A DNA stretch of 63,784 nucleotides from Acidobacteriaceae bacterium (GTDB taxonomy: Bacteria > Acidobacteriota > Terriglobia > Terriglobales > Acidobacteriaceae). A program made the position numbers and the translations under genes. The notes under the pieces were generated by a model. That model did no database searches, was not told the origin of the DNA, and worked only from the letters and a program-made list of their open reading frames with translations. Location: NCBI GenBank assembly GCA_030037475.1, contig JASHRH010000167.1, positions 1-63,784 on the forward strand. Reading direction: 5' to 3'. This document shows positions 55,688 through 63,784 of this stretch, piece after piece; within the stretch, counting starts at the first letter, position 1, and each line of letters starts with the position of its first letter.

Positions 55688-56488
55688 ATGAAACTGACGT
55701 TGACGATCTGGCGGCAGAAGGATCCCGGGGCCAAAGGAAAGTTTGTCCGGTACCCCATGGACAATGTGAATCCGGAAATGTCGATGCTGGAGTGCCTGGA
55801 CGTGCTGAATGAGAGCCTAGCCGAACGCGGCGAGGAGCCGGTTGCTTTCGAGCACGACTGCCGGGAGGGCATCTGCGGTTCGTGCGGGTTTATGATCAGC
55901 GGCGTTGCGCATGGCCCGCTGCCGGCCACCACGGTTTGCCAGCTCACCATGCGGCATTTCAAAGACGGCGAGGAACTGGTGCTGGAGCCATGGCGCTCAC
56001 GTTCGTTCCCGTTTGTGAAGGACCTGGTCGTCGATCGCCGTGCCTTCGACCGCATCATCCAGGCGGGCGGCTACGTCTCTGTTTCCACCGGCAATGCGCC
56101 GGACGGCAACGCGATTCCCGTAGGCAAGGAAGAAGCGGACCGGGCGATGGACGCGGCCGCGTGCATCGGGTGCGGCGCGTGCGTAGCCGCGTGTCCCAAC
56201 GGGTCGGCGGCGCTGTTTACGGGCGCAAAGATCGCCCACCTCGGAATCCTGCCTCAGGGCCAGCCGGAACGGGATCGCCGCGCGGTGCGCATGGTGGCGC
56301 AGATGCACGCGGAGGGATTCGGCAGCTGCACGAACATCGGGGAATGCACCGGCGTCTGTCCCAAGGAGATTCCGCTCGAGGTCATCGCCCGGATGAACCA
56401 CGATTATCTGTACGGCGCCTGGCGGGAGCGGCGGCAAGTGGTTACGACCATTGCTCCGGCCACGGATTGGGAATTCGGGAAAAAGTAG
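55688..56488 (+). CDS. sdhB: Succinate dehydrogenase/fumarate reductase iron-sulfur subunit
   Basis: Cys clusters [22 protein letters not shown] and [12 protein letters not shown]. The start abuts the sdhA stop (TAA-ATG). Confidence 0.9.
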   Translation: MKLTLTIWRQKDPGAKGKFVRYPMDNVNPEMSMLECLDVLNESLAERGEEPVAFEHDCREGICGSCGFMISGVAHGPLPATTVCQLTMRHFKDGEELVLEPWRSRSFPFVKDLVVDRRAFDRIIQAGGYVSVSTGNAPDGNAIPVGKEEADRAMDAAACIGCGACVAACPNGSAALFTGAKIAHLGILPQGQPERDRRAVRMVAQMHAEGFGSCTNIGECTGVCPKEIPLEVIARMNHDYLYGAWRERRQVVTTIAPATDWEFGKK

Positions 56489-56613
56489 CCGACGCAGCCT
56501 GGCGCTTCCAGCCTGCGCTCCAGGAGTTTCGCAACATACCGGAGCCGGCTCCCGGCCGCGGACTGACACCGGCACAAGCAGCCAGGAGCCACGTTTTCAG
56601 AGCTGGCGAGGAT

Positions 56614-57582
56614 TTAGTTTCCGATCATGCCGGAAACCGGGTCGGATGAAGAGCGCGAGTTCGCGAGCTGCGCCAGTGTCTCGCGCAGATACTTGTGAGG
56701 ATTCACGGGGCTATTGTGAATGCGCACTTCATAGTGCAGGTGGGGACCGGTCGCGCGGCCGGTCATGCCCACGTAGCCAATCACCTGACCGCAGCGAACC
56801 TGCTGCCCCACCGTCACGGCAAACCCGGAAAGGTGAGCGTAGAGAGTCTGGATTCCGTTGTCGTGGTCCAGCATAATCACGCGCCCATAGCCGTCTTCCC
56901 AGCCGGCGCTGGCCACCACGCCATTCGCCGCCGCGTGGACGGACTCGCCAAACGTGCCGGCAATGTCCACTCCGGTATGAAATGCCCCCTCGCCGTTGAA
57001 TGGGTCCTCGCGCTCACCGAAGGAGCTGGTAATACGGCCCGTGATGGGCCACAATTCGGGCGCTCCGGCAATATCCATCCAGCTGGCATTGACCGCCGGC
57101 GCCATGGCAGGATCGAATTTGTAGATGCGGCCCGAGAGAGCGTTGCTGCGCAGCAGCGCAAACTGGTCCAGAGACTGCATGTAAGCTCCCGGGCTGAAGG
57201 CATCGGCGTTGTCGGAATCCGCGGCTTCTTCCGCCGCGGCGGGCGAGATTGTTTTACTCAGCCGGCTTCGACGCAAACCGTAAAGAGCGCTGACTTCGCT
57301 GGCGAGGGAACCGAGCGACGCTGCCTGGACATCCTTTTCATGAGCCAGAATCTGGAGGCGGCTGTAGTCGCGGCGCAGAGCCGCCTGCTGCGACCGCACC
57401 TGATTAAAACTTGCGGTCTTGAGCAACATGCGAGTGTAGGATCCCGCCATCCCGGTGATGGTGAATGCGCCGACCACGGCGGCGGCGACAAACACGCCGG
57501 CGTAATACAGAGGGATCGGGATCTTGCGGACAGGACCGTCCTTCTCCCGAGCCACAAAGATGATGTAATAACGTCTGCGCAA
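56614..57582 (-). CDS. M23-family peptidoglycan metalloendopeptidase (membrane-anchored)
   Basis: An N-terminal TM helix and a coiled region are followed by ...FHTGVDIAG...GYGRVIMLDHDNGIQTLYAHLS...GMTGRATGPHLHYEVR (HxxxD / HxH zinc motifs). Confidence 0.9.
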   Translation of the reverse strand: MRRRYYIIFVAREKDGPVRKIPIPLYYAGVFVAAAVVGAFTITGMAGSYTRMLLKTASFNQVRSQQAALRRDYSRLQILAHEKDVQAASLGSLASEVSALYGLRRSRLSKTISPAAAEEAADSDNADAFSPGAYMQSLDQFALLRSNALSGRIYKFDPAMAPAVNASWMDIAGAPELWPITGRITSSFGEREDPFNGEGAFHTGVDIAGTFGESVHAAANGVVASAGWEDGYGRVIMLDHDNGIQTLYAHLSGFAVTVGQQVRCGQVIGYVGMTGRATGPHLHYEVRIHNSPVNPHKYLRETLAQLANSRSSSDPVSGMIGN

Positions 57583-57966
57583 TGCCTTGTCCGGAATCGA
57601 TCCGGAACACTCCTCGTGAAGGCGTTCAGCAATCGGAAACAGGATTATCCGCTTTTCCCTGAACCGTATCAGTCCGGCCGTTCCACGTCAATCCTTTTGC
57701 CGGGGGATACCGGCACCAGGGTCACCGAATTCTCCCTCGCATCCAGCGAAGGAAGCACAGCGTCAACGGCATTGGATGCCCGTGGACAGCGACGGGCCAG
57801 GCGCTACAAATGACCATTCCATCCCGCCTCATTCCGGGCCGCAGGGTGCAACTCAATTCAGACTGGAGGCATCCCAGTTACGCCGGAAAAACCAGGAAAA
57901 CACCAATCCGGCAGAGTTCGCTCTTCTTCCCCGCCTTTTGATTCGCTTCACTCAGGGAGCCTTGCC

Positions 57967-58434
57967 GTGCTGCCTTCGTCCTCTCCCGAATCCGCGATCA
58001 GCCGCGTCTACATCGTGGACGATGAATGGATCATCGCCCAGACCCTGGCCGCCATCCTGTGCAAAGAAGGATTCCATGCGCAGGCGTTTCACAACCCCGA
58101 CCAGGTGCTGGTGCGGTCGATGGAGCATCCGCCGGATGTGCTGATCACAGATGTCATGATGCCCGGGATGACCGGCGTTGAACTGGCGATCGCGTTGCGA
58201 CGGGCTGGACATGAGGGGTGCATCATTCTTTTCTCAGGACAAGCGGGCGCTCTGGATCTTCTCTGCGACGCCCGCCGCCGCGGCTATGATTTCGAGCTGC
58301 TGGATAAGCCGCTGCATCCTCTCCAGTTGCTTCTGCGGCTGAGAAATATGCGGAAATCCGAGGCAGGACGTTTGCCACCCGCCTCTGAAACTGATTCCCT
58401 GCCGGTTGCAACGGGCTCCCGTCCCGCGGCGTAG
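57967..58434 (+). CDS. Stand-alone response-regulator receiver domain protein (CheY-like)
   Basis: ...VYIVDDEWIIAQTL... gives the acidic pair. ...DVLITDVMMPGMTGVELA... carries the phospho-acceptor Asp. ...ILFSGQ... and ...DKPLHP... are also present. No output domain. GTG start. Confidence 0.8.
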   Translation: MLPSSSPESAISRVYIVDDEWIIAQTLAAILCKEGFHAQAFHNPDQVLVRSMEHPPDVLITDVMMPGMTGVELAIALRRAGHEGCIILFSGQAGALDLLCDARRRGYDFELLDKPLHPLQLLLRLRNMRKSEAGRLPPASETDSLPVATGSRPAA

Positions 58435-58517
58435 CTCCGTTTCTTCAGGGCTGATTCCCGACGCCAGGACTCTCATCCACTGATGGCCCGGCGCGCGTGG
58501 TATGCTGGCCGTTTCCT

Positions 58518-59846
58518 ATGCGACTAAACGGCCATTTGCTGCGCAGCACCGTTGTCGGCGCACTGGGCGGGCTCCTCTTCGGTTTTGACACGGCCGTGAT
58601 CGCCGGCACCACGAACCAGCTCACGCAGGTGTTTCATCTCAGCTCTGCGGCACTCGGACTCACTGTTTCGATCGCTTTGTGGGGCACTGTGGCAGGCGCG
58701 ATTGGGGCTGGCCCACTGGGCCAGAAGATCGGTGGACGGGAAGCCCTGCGCATCATGGCGCTTCTGTACCTGGTCTCAGCCCTCGGTTGCGCGCTGACCT
58801 GGAGCTGGCCGGCGCTTCTGGCGTTTCGCCTGATAGGCGGCCTGGGCATCGGTGGATCGTCGGTGCTCGGCCCGGTGTACCTGGCCGAACTGGCGCCGGC
58901 TCGGCTGCGCGGACGGCTGGTGGGCCTCTTCCAGATCAACATCGTTGCCGGCATCCTGCTGGCCTACGCCTCCAACTATGTGGTCGCCAGTCTGATCGAC
59001 GGTGGCCCGGCCTGGCGCTGGCAGTTCGGCGTAGCTGCTGTCCCCGCTTTTCTCTTTCTGGTCTTCCTCTTCGGCATCCCGCGCAGCTCCCGCTGGCTGG
59101 TGACACAGAACCGGATCGATGAAGCCAGACAGGTGCTGGAGATGATGGGCACGCCCGACAGCGATGCGGAACTGAAGGAAATTGTCGACTCGATTCACCT
59201 GGAACGCACCCAGCGCTCTGAGCCGCTCTTCCGCCGAAGGTACCGCCTGCCGATTTTTCTGGCTGTGACTATCGGCATGTTCAATCAACTCTCCGGCATC
59301 AACGCAATCCTCTACTACGCGAACGACATCTTCCGGTTCGGCGGCTTCAGCAGCCTCTCCGCGGATAAACAGGCAGTGCTGCTGGGTGCGATGAATTTCC
59401 TTGCGACACTGCTGGCCATGTCCGTGATTGACAAACTGGGGCGCAAATCGCTGCTGCTGATCGGTTCCGTGGGCACGGCAGCAGCCCTGGCGGGCGTGGC
59501 AGCGATCTTTCACACGCACAGCCATCAGGCCGATCTGGTCTGGCTGCTGGTGGGCTTCATATTCTTCTTCTCCGTTTCGCAGGGCGCGGTGATCTGGGTG
59601 TACATCAGCGAGATTTTTCCAACCCGGGTACGCTCCAAAGGCCAGAGCCTGGGCAGTTCCTCGCACTGGATCATGAACGCACTGATCTCGGGATTCTTTC
59701 CGTGGGTTGCGGCACGCTCCACCGCTGCGCCGTTCATGTTTTTCGCGGGGATGATGGTCCTGCAGTTCTTCGTCGTGCTGATGATTTACCCGGAGACCAA
59801 AGGCGCGAGTCTGGAACAGCTGCAGCAGCGGCTCGCGGCCGGCTGA
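58518..59846 (+). CDS. Sugar-porter-family MFS transporter
   Basis: ...GGLLFGFDTAVIAG..., ...GIPRSSRWL... (PESPRW-like), ...GRKSLLLIG... and ...YPETKGASLEQL (PETKG). Start set at ATG 58518. A GTG at 58497 is an alternative. Confidence 0.9.
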   Translation: MRLNGHLLRSTVVGALGGLLFGFDTAVIAGTTNQLTQVFHLSSAALGLTVSIALWGTVAGAIGAGPLGQKIGGREALRIMALLYLVSALGCALTWSWPALLAFRLIGGLGIGGSSVLGPVYLAELAPARLRGRLVGLFQINIVAGILLAYASNYVVASLIDGGPAWRWQFGVAAVPAFLFLVFLFGIPRSSRWLVTQNRIDEARQVLEMMGTPDSDAELKEIVDSIHLERTQRSEPLFRRRYRLPIFLAVTIGMFNQLSGINAILYYANDIFRFGGFSSLSADKQAVLLGAMNFLATLLAMSVIDKLGRKSLLLIGSVGTAAALAGVAAIFHTHSHQADLVWLLVGFIFFFSVSQGAVIWVYISEIFPTRVRSKGQSLGSSSHWIMNALISGFFPWVAARSTAAPFMFFAGMMVLQFFVVLMIYPETKGASLEQLQQRLAAG

Positions 59847-59847
59847 A

Positions 59848-60720
59848 TCAAGCCCAGTGGCAGGCAAATCCTGCCAGAGCAGCAGCAAATACCGTTGAGA
59901 GCGCGTTGACCGCATCGTTGTTGAGCCAGCCTCTGCGCTCCAGTGCAGCGCCCAGCAGGCTGTCGAAGAATAGACCTCCGATGGCGGCGCCAGGCGCCAG
60001 AAGCGCTTCCGTGCGGGTCAGGAGAAGTGCGGCCTCGCCGGCGGCAACGACGATTGCCGCGCCCGCGCAGCCGGCCAGGGTCCCCGTCCAGGTAATGGCG
60101 CCATCCGTCCCCGGAGGAACGCGTTGCAGCGTCGTCAACAGACGCGGTTCGCCACCCAGTACCTGCCCCAGCTCCGAGGAAAGTGTGTCTGCCGCGGCTT
60201 CGGCCATGGCGGCCAGCATCATGACCAGCGCGGTGCGGCCTTCCGGCACTGATGAGCCGAAACCAAAGGCTCCGGCAAGCGGAATGGCAACCACGGCCGC
60301 CGCGCCGAGATTCGCTGCCACTTGCGAAGCTCTGCGCCCACGTCTGTCTTCAGCGATGCCCTGAGCTTCCTTGCGGCGCCGGCCGAATCGCGTGGCAGCA
60401 AAGGTGAGCGTCACCAGGGCCAGCAGCGGCCAAAGCGCGGTATGCCATCCCGGCGTGCGCAGAAGCAGTGCAGCGGTGATGATTCCGCCCGTGAGCGCGC
60501 CGCCGATCGTTGCCGCGCGCAAACACCAGGCCAGCGCGACAAAGCCGACACTGATGGCTGCATCCAGCCACACGAGATGGCTGTGTACCGGCCAGGCCTC
60601 TCCCGCGGCCAGCGTAACCCAAATGGCTGTCACCGGGAGAAACGCCAGCAGCACGGCCTGCGATTGCCATCGCAGCGCCGGAGCCCCCGCGCGCCGACTC
60701 TGTTCCCTCACCTGGCTCAT
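59848..60720 (-). CDS. DUF92/TMEM19-family integral membrane protein
   Basis: Polytopic membrane protein with ...AAADTLSSELGQV... and ...GTDGAITWTGTLAG..., resembling DUF92 proteins. Start set at MSQVREQ (60720). Its stop lies 1 nt from the convergent MFS stop. Confidence 0.6.
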   Translation of the reverse strand: MSQVREQSRRAGAPALRWQSQAVLLAFLPVTAIWVTLAAGEAWPVHSHLVWLDAAISVGFVALAWCLRAATIGGALTGGIITAALLLRTPGWHTALWPLLALVTLTFAATRFGRRRKEAQGIAEDRRGRRASQVAANLGAAAVVAIPLAGAFGFGSSVPEGRTALVMMLAAMAEAAADTLSSELGQVLGGEPRLLTTLQRVPPGTDGAITWTGTLAGCAGAAIVVAAGEAALLLTRTEALLAPGAAIGGLFFDSLLGAALERRGWLNNDAVNALSTVFAAALAGFACHWA

Positions 60721-60846
60721 GGCGATTGTCCACCACAGGCGCAAAGCCCGTCCCGTACAGTACAATCATCTTTCTACCAGCACAACGGGAAACCCGCGCC
60801 ACCTCGGGGGCCGGGCGGAGGAATCAGGTAATTGCGAGTTCGTAGC

Positions 60847-62421
60847 ATGGCATGGCTGAATCGCTTTCGCGTCGTAAGCAGCCACAAGTTGTTTCGGCCC
60901 TGGAAATGGACGGGCAGAGTTCCTTTCCGAACGGCGATCGTAGCCGGCATTTCCGCATCGATTCTGGCTTTGGCCGCCGGATGCGGCAATCAATACCGTC
61001 CCGTCGTCACTCCGGTCAATCCAACAGGACCGGCAGCGCAGCCGACGGCGTACGTGACGGTGTTTTCGCAGCCAGGCTTTAGCCCCTCGTCGACGGGAGC
61101 CGGCACGCCATGCAACGGCGTCACGTACTCCACACCGAGCGTCATTACCCTGCTGGATTTCTCCGGCGATTCGATTCTGGATCAGGCGGAAGGAGGCAAT
61201 GGGCCGCTGACGTTCTCGCTGGAAGCCAGCGGGGCTCAGGTGTTCGCTCCCAACTGCGATGGGACCATCACCACCTCCAACAATTCCCCCGGCAGCATCC
61301 TGACGAAGAATATCCAGACCAGCACGTTGCTCCCGGGATCGCTGCCCACAAATACTCTGCTCGACGATAACAGCCTGTACGTCACAGAGGCTGGACTCCA
61401 TGGACCGACCTGTCAGGCCACCAACTGCGTGGCGCAGCTCACGGGGGCTCCCCAGGCGCTGAAGCAGGAGATCCCCGTTGCTCCATCTCTTGTGAATCTG
61501 ACGGGCTATGGGTCCAGCGACCGGATCTACGCCATTAGCCAGGGCAACTCATCAGGAACCGGTTCGCAACCGACGTGGGGCGACTGCGACAATCCGGCAG
61601 CCGTGGCCGCCCTGGGCGAGACAGGCGAAGCGGATGCCATCGAGACCTCCAGCAACACCATCTCGGCTCGGTTGCCGCTGGGAGTGTGTCCCGTGTATGG
61701 CTTCATGACGCCAGACTTCATGCGGACCTTCATCATGAACCGCGGGAGCGGAACGGTCACGGTCATCAACTCGCAGCTCAACGCCATTGACAGCCTGCAC
61801 CCCGCCATCACGGTGGGAGCGGGTCCGGTCTACGCCGATTATTACCGTGATGGCGAGATTCTGGTGACGGCCAATTACGATTCCAATTCGATCAGCATCA
61901 TCGATGTGAGCCTGGACGTCTACGGAAACGACAGCGCGACGTTCGGGACTGTGCTGGCAACCGTGAATCTGGCCAATGGGCCAGGATGCCCCGCAGGAAC
62001 TGACACGTTCTGCATGCACCCGGTGGAGGTTTCCGTGCTTCAGGACGGGAGCCGCGCTTATGTTGCCAATCAGGGCGACACCGCGGCAGGCACCTGTAGC
62101 GGCGGGTTGCCTTGTGTCCCAGGCAGCATTTCGGTGGTCAATCTGCAAAACTACACGATTGAGAAGACGATCCCGCTCACGTCGAATCCTCACGCGATCG
62201 GATCGATTTACAGCTATCCCTACGGAAAGGTTTATGTGGCTTCGCAGAACAGCCCATACCTGACCATCATCCGCACTGACACAGACACGATATCGGCGAC
62301 GCCGGAGATGCAGGGCAACATCGTCGATATGCGGGTGAATGCACAATATCCTGATCAATCGACGGCGGGCAGTCAGAACGAGCAGACGGAAAGCCGCTCT
62401 GTGGGATCGGGCGCGCCGTAA
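60847..62421 (+). CDS. Beta-propeller (YVTN/YncE-like repeat) lipoprotein
   Basis: Lipobox ...SILALAAGC. Repeated ...YVxxxxxxxVxVID... units are present (e.g. LYVTEAG, TVTVINSQ, ILVTANYDSNSISIIDV, AYVANQGD...SISVVNL, VYVASQNSPYLTIIRT). Confidence 0.6.
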   Translation: MAWLNRFRVVSSHKLFRPWKWTGRVPFRTAIVAGISASILALAAGCGNQYRPVVTPVNPTGPAAQPTAYVTVFSQPGFSPSSTGAGTPCNGVTYSTPSVITLLDFSGDSILDQAEGGNGPLTFSLEASGAQVFAPNCDGTITTSNNSPGSILTKNIQTSTLLPGSLPTNTLLDDNSLYVTEAGLHGPTCQATNCVAQLTGAPQALKQEIPVAPSLVNLTGYGSSDRIYAISQGNSSGTGSQPTWGDCDNPAAVAALGETGEADAIETSSNTISARLPLGVCPVYGFMTPDFMRTFIMNRGSGTVTVINSQLNAIDSLHPAITVGAGPVYADYYRDGEILVTANYDSNSISIIDVSLDVYGNDSATFGTVLATVNLANGPGCPAGTDTFCMHPVEVSVLQDGSRAYVANQGDTAAGTCSGGLPCVPGSISVVNLQNYTIEKTIPLTSNPHAIGSIYSYPYGKVYVASQNSPYLTIIRTDTDTISATPEMQGNIVDMRVNAQYPDQSTAGSQNEQTESRSVGSGAP

Positions 62422-62499
62422 CCACAGGAAATAAGACCGGCAGGCTGCTGTACAGAGAGCGCCTCGCTCCTGGGAAGACCCGCCTCCTGTTGATCGCCG

Positions 62500-63784
62500 C
62501 TATGGAGCAACTCCCATCTCGTAGTTGAGCGTCGAGAGGGAAAGTCGATATTGATAGGTTGCGCTCGTGTTCTGAATCTGGGCGCTGGTCTGCTGGAGCT
62601 GCGCCTGGCTTAGCTCCACGATCGAGCTGAGGCCGAGCTTGTAGCGTGTTTCGGCCAGCTTCAACGCCAGATCGGCCTCTTTGAGCAGTTGCGCGGTAAC
62701 AGCCATGCGCTGCCATGCTGTGCTCGTATTCAGCCAGGCGGTGCGTACGTCGCGCACGATGTTGTCCCGCAGGTTCCGGGCATTTTCCGCGTCGGCCTGT
62801 GCGCGGAATTTTGCTTCCTGCGCCTGGGAGTTATACAGAAAACCGTTGAAGACAGGGATATCGATGTTGCCGCCAATGGCGCCCCACCAATTCTCTGTGT
62901 AGTACTGGCCAGGCCGGACCGGAACCACACCCGCGGTGCCGGCGGCTGTAATGGACGGAAGCATCTGCTCCCATTCCGCGCGAGAGTACTTCTTCTCCGA
63001 CTGGGCGCCAAGGTTCAGTGCCTGAAGGTCGGGCCGATGCGCGAGCGCCTGCCGGATGAGATCCTGGACATTCAGGGGAGGCGGCGGAGGCGCCGCCGTC
63101 GCTTCCACCAGACGGAAGCGCACGTTCGTATCCAGTCCCAGGATCGCGTCCAGCGCCGCCATTGAAGCATCTGCATTGTTCTGCGCGTCCAGCTGGAGCA
63201 ACTGTGCCTGGGACAGGTCCACATCGGCAAACGCCTGGTCCACGGTGGACTTCAGCTTGTTGCGCGTCATCACCCTCACCTGCTGGTCGGTGGTGTGGCG
63301 GGTGTCGACGGTTTGGCGCGCCACGTCCAGCTCCGCCTGGGCAAGCAGCGCGTTATAAAACGCCTGATCGGTGGCCAGCACCACTTCCTCAGTGGTCGCC
63401 AGGGCGTTGGCGTTCGAAGCCTTTTCCTGGAGTTTCTGCGAGAGAAGAAGGTTATGAGTATGCCCGAAGTCGTAGATGAGCTGGGTGAAATTCGCTCCCG
63501 CGCCGGCATGCTCAAGGAGGCGAGACGCGGTGAGTGAACCAGCGGAGATACGCGTGGCCTCTTCTGCCTCCACGCCGGTAAGGGCAGCGGTGGCCGTCGG
63601 CAGCTCCGCGGAGCGCGCCTGGCGGAAGACCTGGTGCTGCGCGAGGGCCAGAAGCTGTCCCACATGGATGCGCGGGTTGTTGTGGATGGCCATTTGCTCA
63701 GCTTGCTCGCGCGTCAGAAGTGGCAGATTTCCCGGCTGCGGAGCCGCAGCTGTTTGCGGACCGGGCTCAGCACCCGCTGCCTGA
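62500..63784 (-). CDS. TolC-family outer-membrane efflux protein (N-terminus beyond the window edge)
   Basis: The frame stays open to the window end. My translation of the last 90 nt gives QAAGAEPGPQTAAAPQPGNLPLLTREQAEQMAIHNNPRI. Two OEP repeats follow, with ...YYNALLAQAELDVARQ... and ...LKLAETRYKLGLSSIVELSQAQ... Confidence 0.8.
   Translation of the reverse strand, partial: QAAGAEPGPQTAAAPQPGNLPLLTREQAEQMAIHNNPRIHVGQLLALAQHQVFRQARSAELPTATAALTGVEAEEATRISAGSLTASRLLEHAGAGANFTQLIYDFGHTHNLLLSQKLQEKASNANALATTEEVVLATDQAFYNALLAQAELDVARQTVDTRHTTDQQVRVMTRNKLKSTVDQAFADVDLSQAQLLQLDAQNNADASMAALDAILGLDTNVRFRLVEATAAPPPPPLNVQDLIRQALAHRPDLQALNLGAQSEKKYSRAEWEQMLPSITAAGTAGVVPVRPGQYYTENWWGAIGGNIDIPVFNGFLYNSQAQEAKFRAQADAENARNLRDNIVRDVRTAWLNTSTAWQRMAVTAQLLKEADLALKLAETRYKLGLSSIVELSQAQLQQTSAQIQNTSATYQYRLSLSTLNYEMGVAP

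Noticed and set aside
56695-57813. 372-aa plus-strand ORF. The same reasoning applies to 58776-59915 (-), 54194-55066 (-), 61552-62358 (-), 42750-43709 (+), 55882-56649 (+), 36719-37516 (-), 35431-36225 (-), 47392-48081 (-) and 39803-40414 (-).
   Set aside because: All are antisense or out-of-frame overlaps of genes with strong family signatures (M23 peptidase, MFS, sdhA, beta-propeller, DsbD-like, sdhB and others). All show Arg/Gly/His-rich composition.
1-63784. CRISPR arrays, tRNA, rRNA, tmRNA and other obvious structured RNA genes
   Set aside because: I found no regularly spaced direct repeats and no cloverleaf-like or rRNA-like segments when reading the intergenic regions. The larger gaps (25648-26592, 33379-33747, 36298-36745, 46081-46969, 57583-57966) showed only the elements reported above. 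A proper tRNAscan/Infernal run is still advisable.

Overview
High-GC bacterial chromosomal segment, probably Acidobacteriota. That placement rests on an ADOP-type duplicated FtsX permease, a CarboxypepD_reg-type TonB-dependent-like outer-membrane protein, and many long spurious antisense ORFs in the right half. The window has two parts.

(A) Positions 1 to about 28,000 are an accessory region. A roughly 25-kb block of 20 co-directional minus-strand genes (274-25647) encodes a Wzx/Wzy-type polysaccharide pathway. It contains a TetR regulator, a nucleotide-sugar dehydrogenase, a membrane-anchored SDR, a small phosphoglycosyl transferase, Wzc/Wza export proteins, a heparinase-II/III-like + AsnB-like + bi-domain oxidoreductase trio, a GT4 glycosyltransferase, a Wzy/O-antigen-ligase-like protein and a flippase. 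Embedded in it is a tightly packed seven-gene acyl-carrier module: AcpS, KAS III, SDR, NeuD-type acyltransferase, ACP, KAS III and a Rieske oxygenase, sitting next to a DegT aminotransferase. This module is my best candidate for an uncharacterised system, namely ACP-dependent synthesis and oxygenation of an N-acyl group on an amino sugar. The block is bounded on the left by the end of an IS3-family element (1-195). On the right it is bounded by a 0.94-kb non-coding or decayed region, a frameshifted IS481-family element (26593-27619, CTAGC target duplication) and a relaxase C-terminal remnant. By eye the block is more AT-rich than the rest of the window.

(B) Positions about 28,000-63,784 are core housekeeping genes. 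They include a class-III aminotransferase, smc, a TonB-dependent-like OMP, three secreted hypothetical proteins, an SRPBCC protein, an MqnA/D-like protein, a DsbD/ScsB-like reductase, an ADOP permease and recJ preceded by a coupled acidic ORF. They also include phosphoketolase + acetate kinase, sdhCAB, an M23 peptidase, a stand-alone receiver, a sugar-porter MFS, a DUF92 protein, a beta-propeller lipoprotein and a partial TolC.

I saw no rRNA, tRNA or CRISPR array. All family calls come from motif recognition by eye, and no database search was run.
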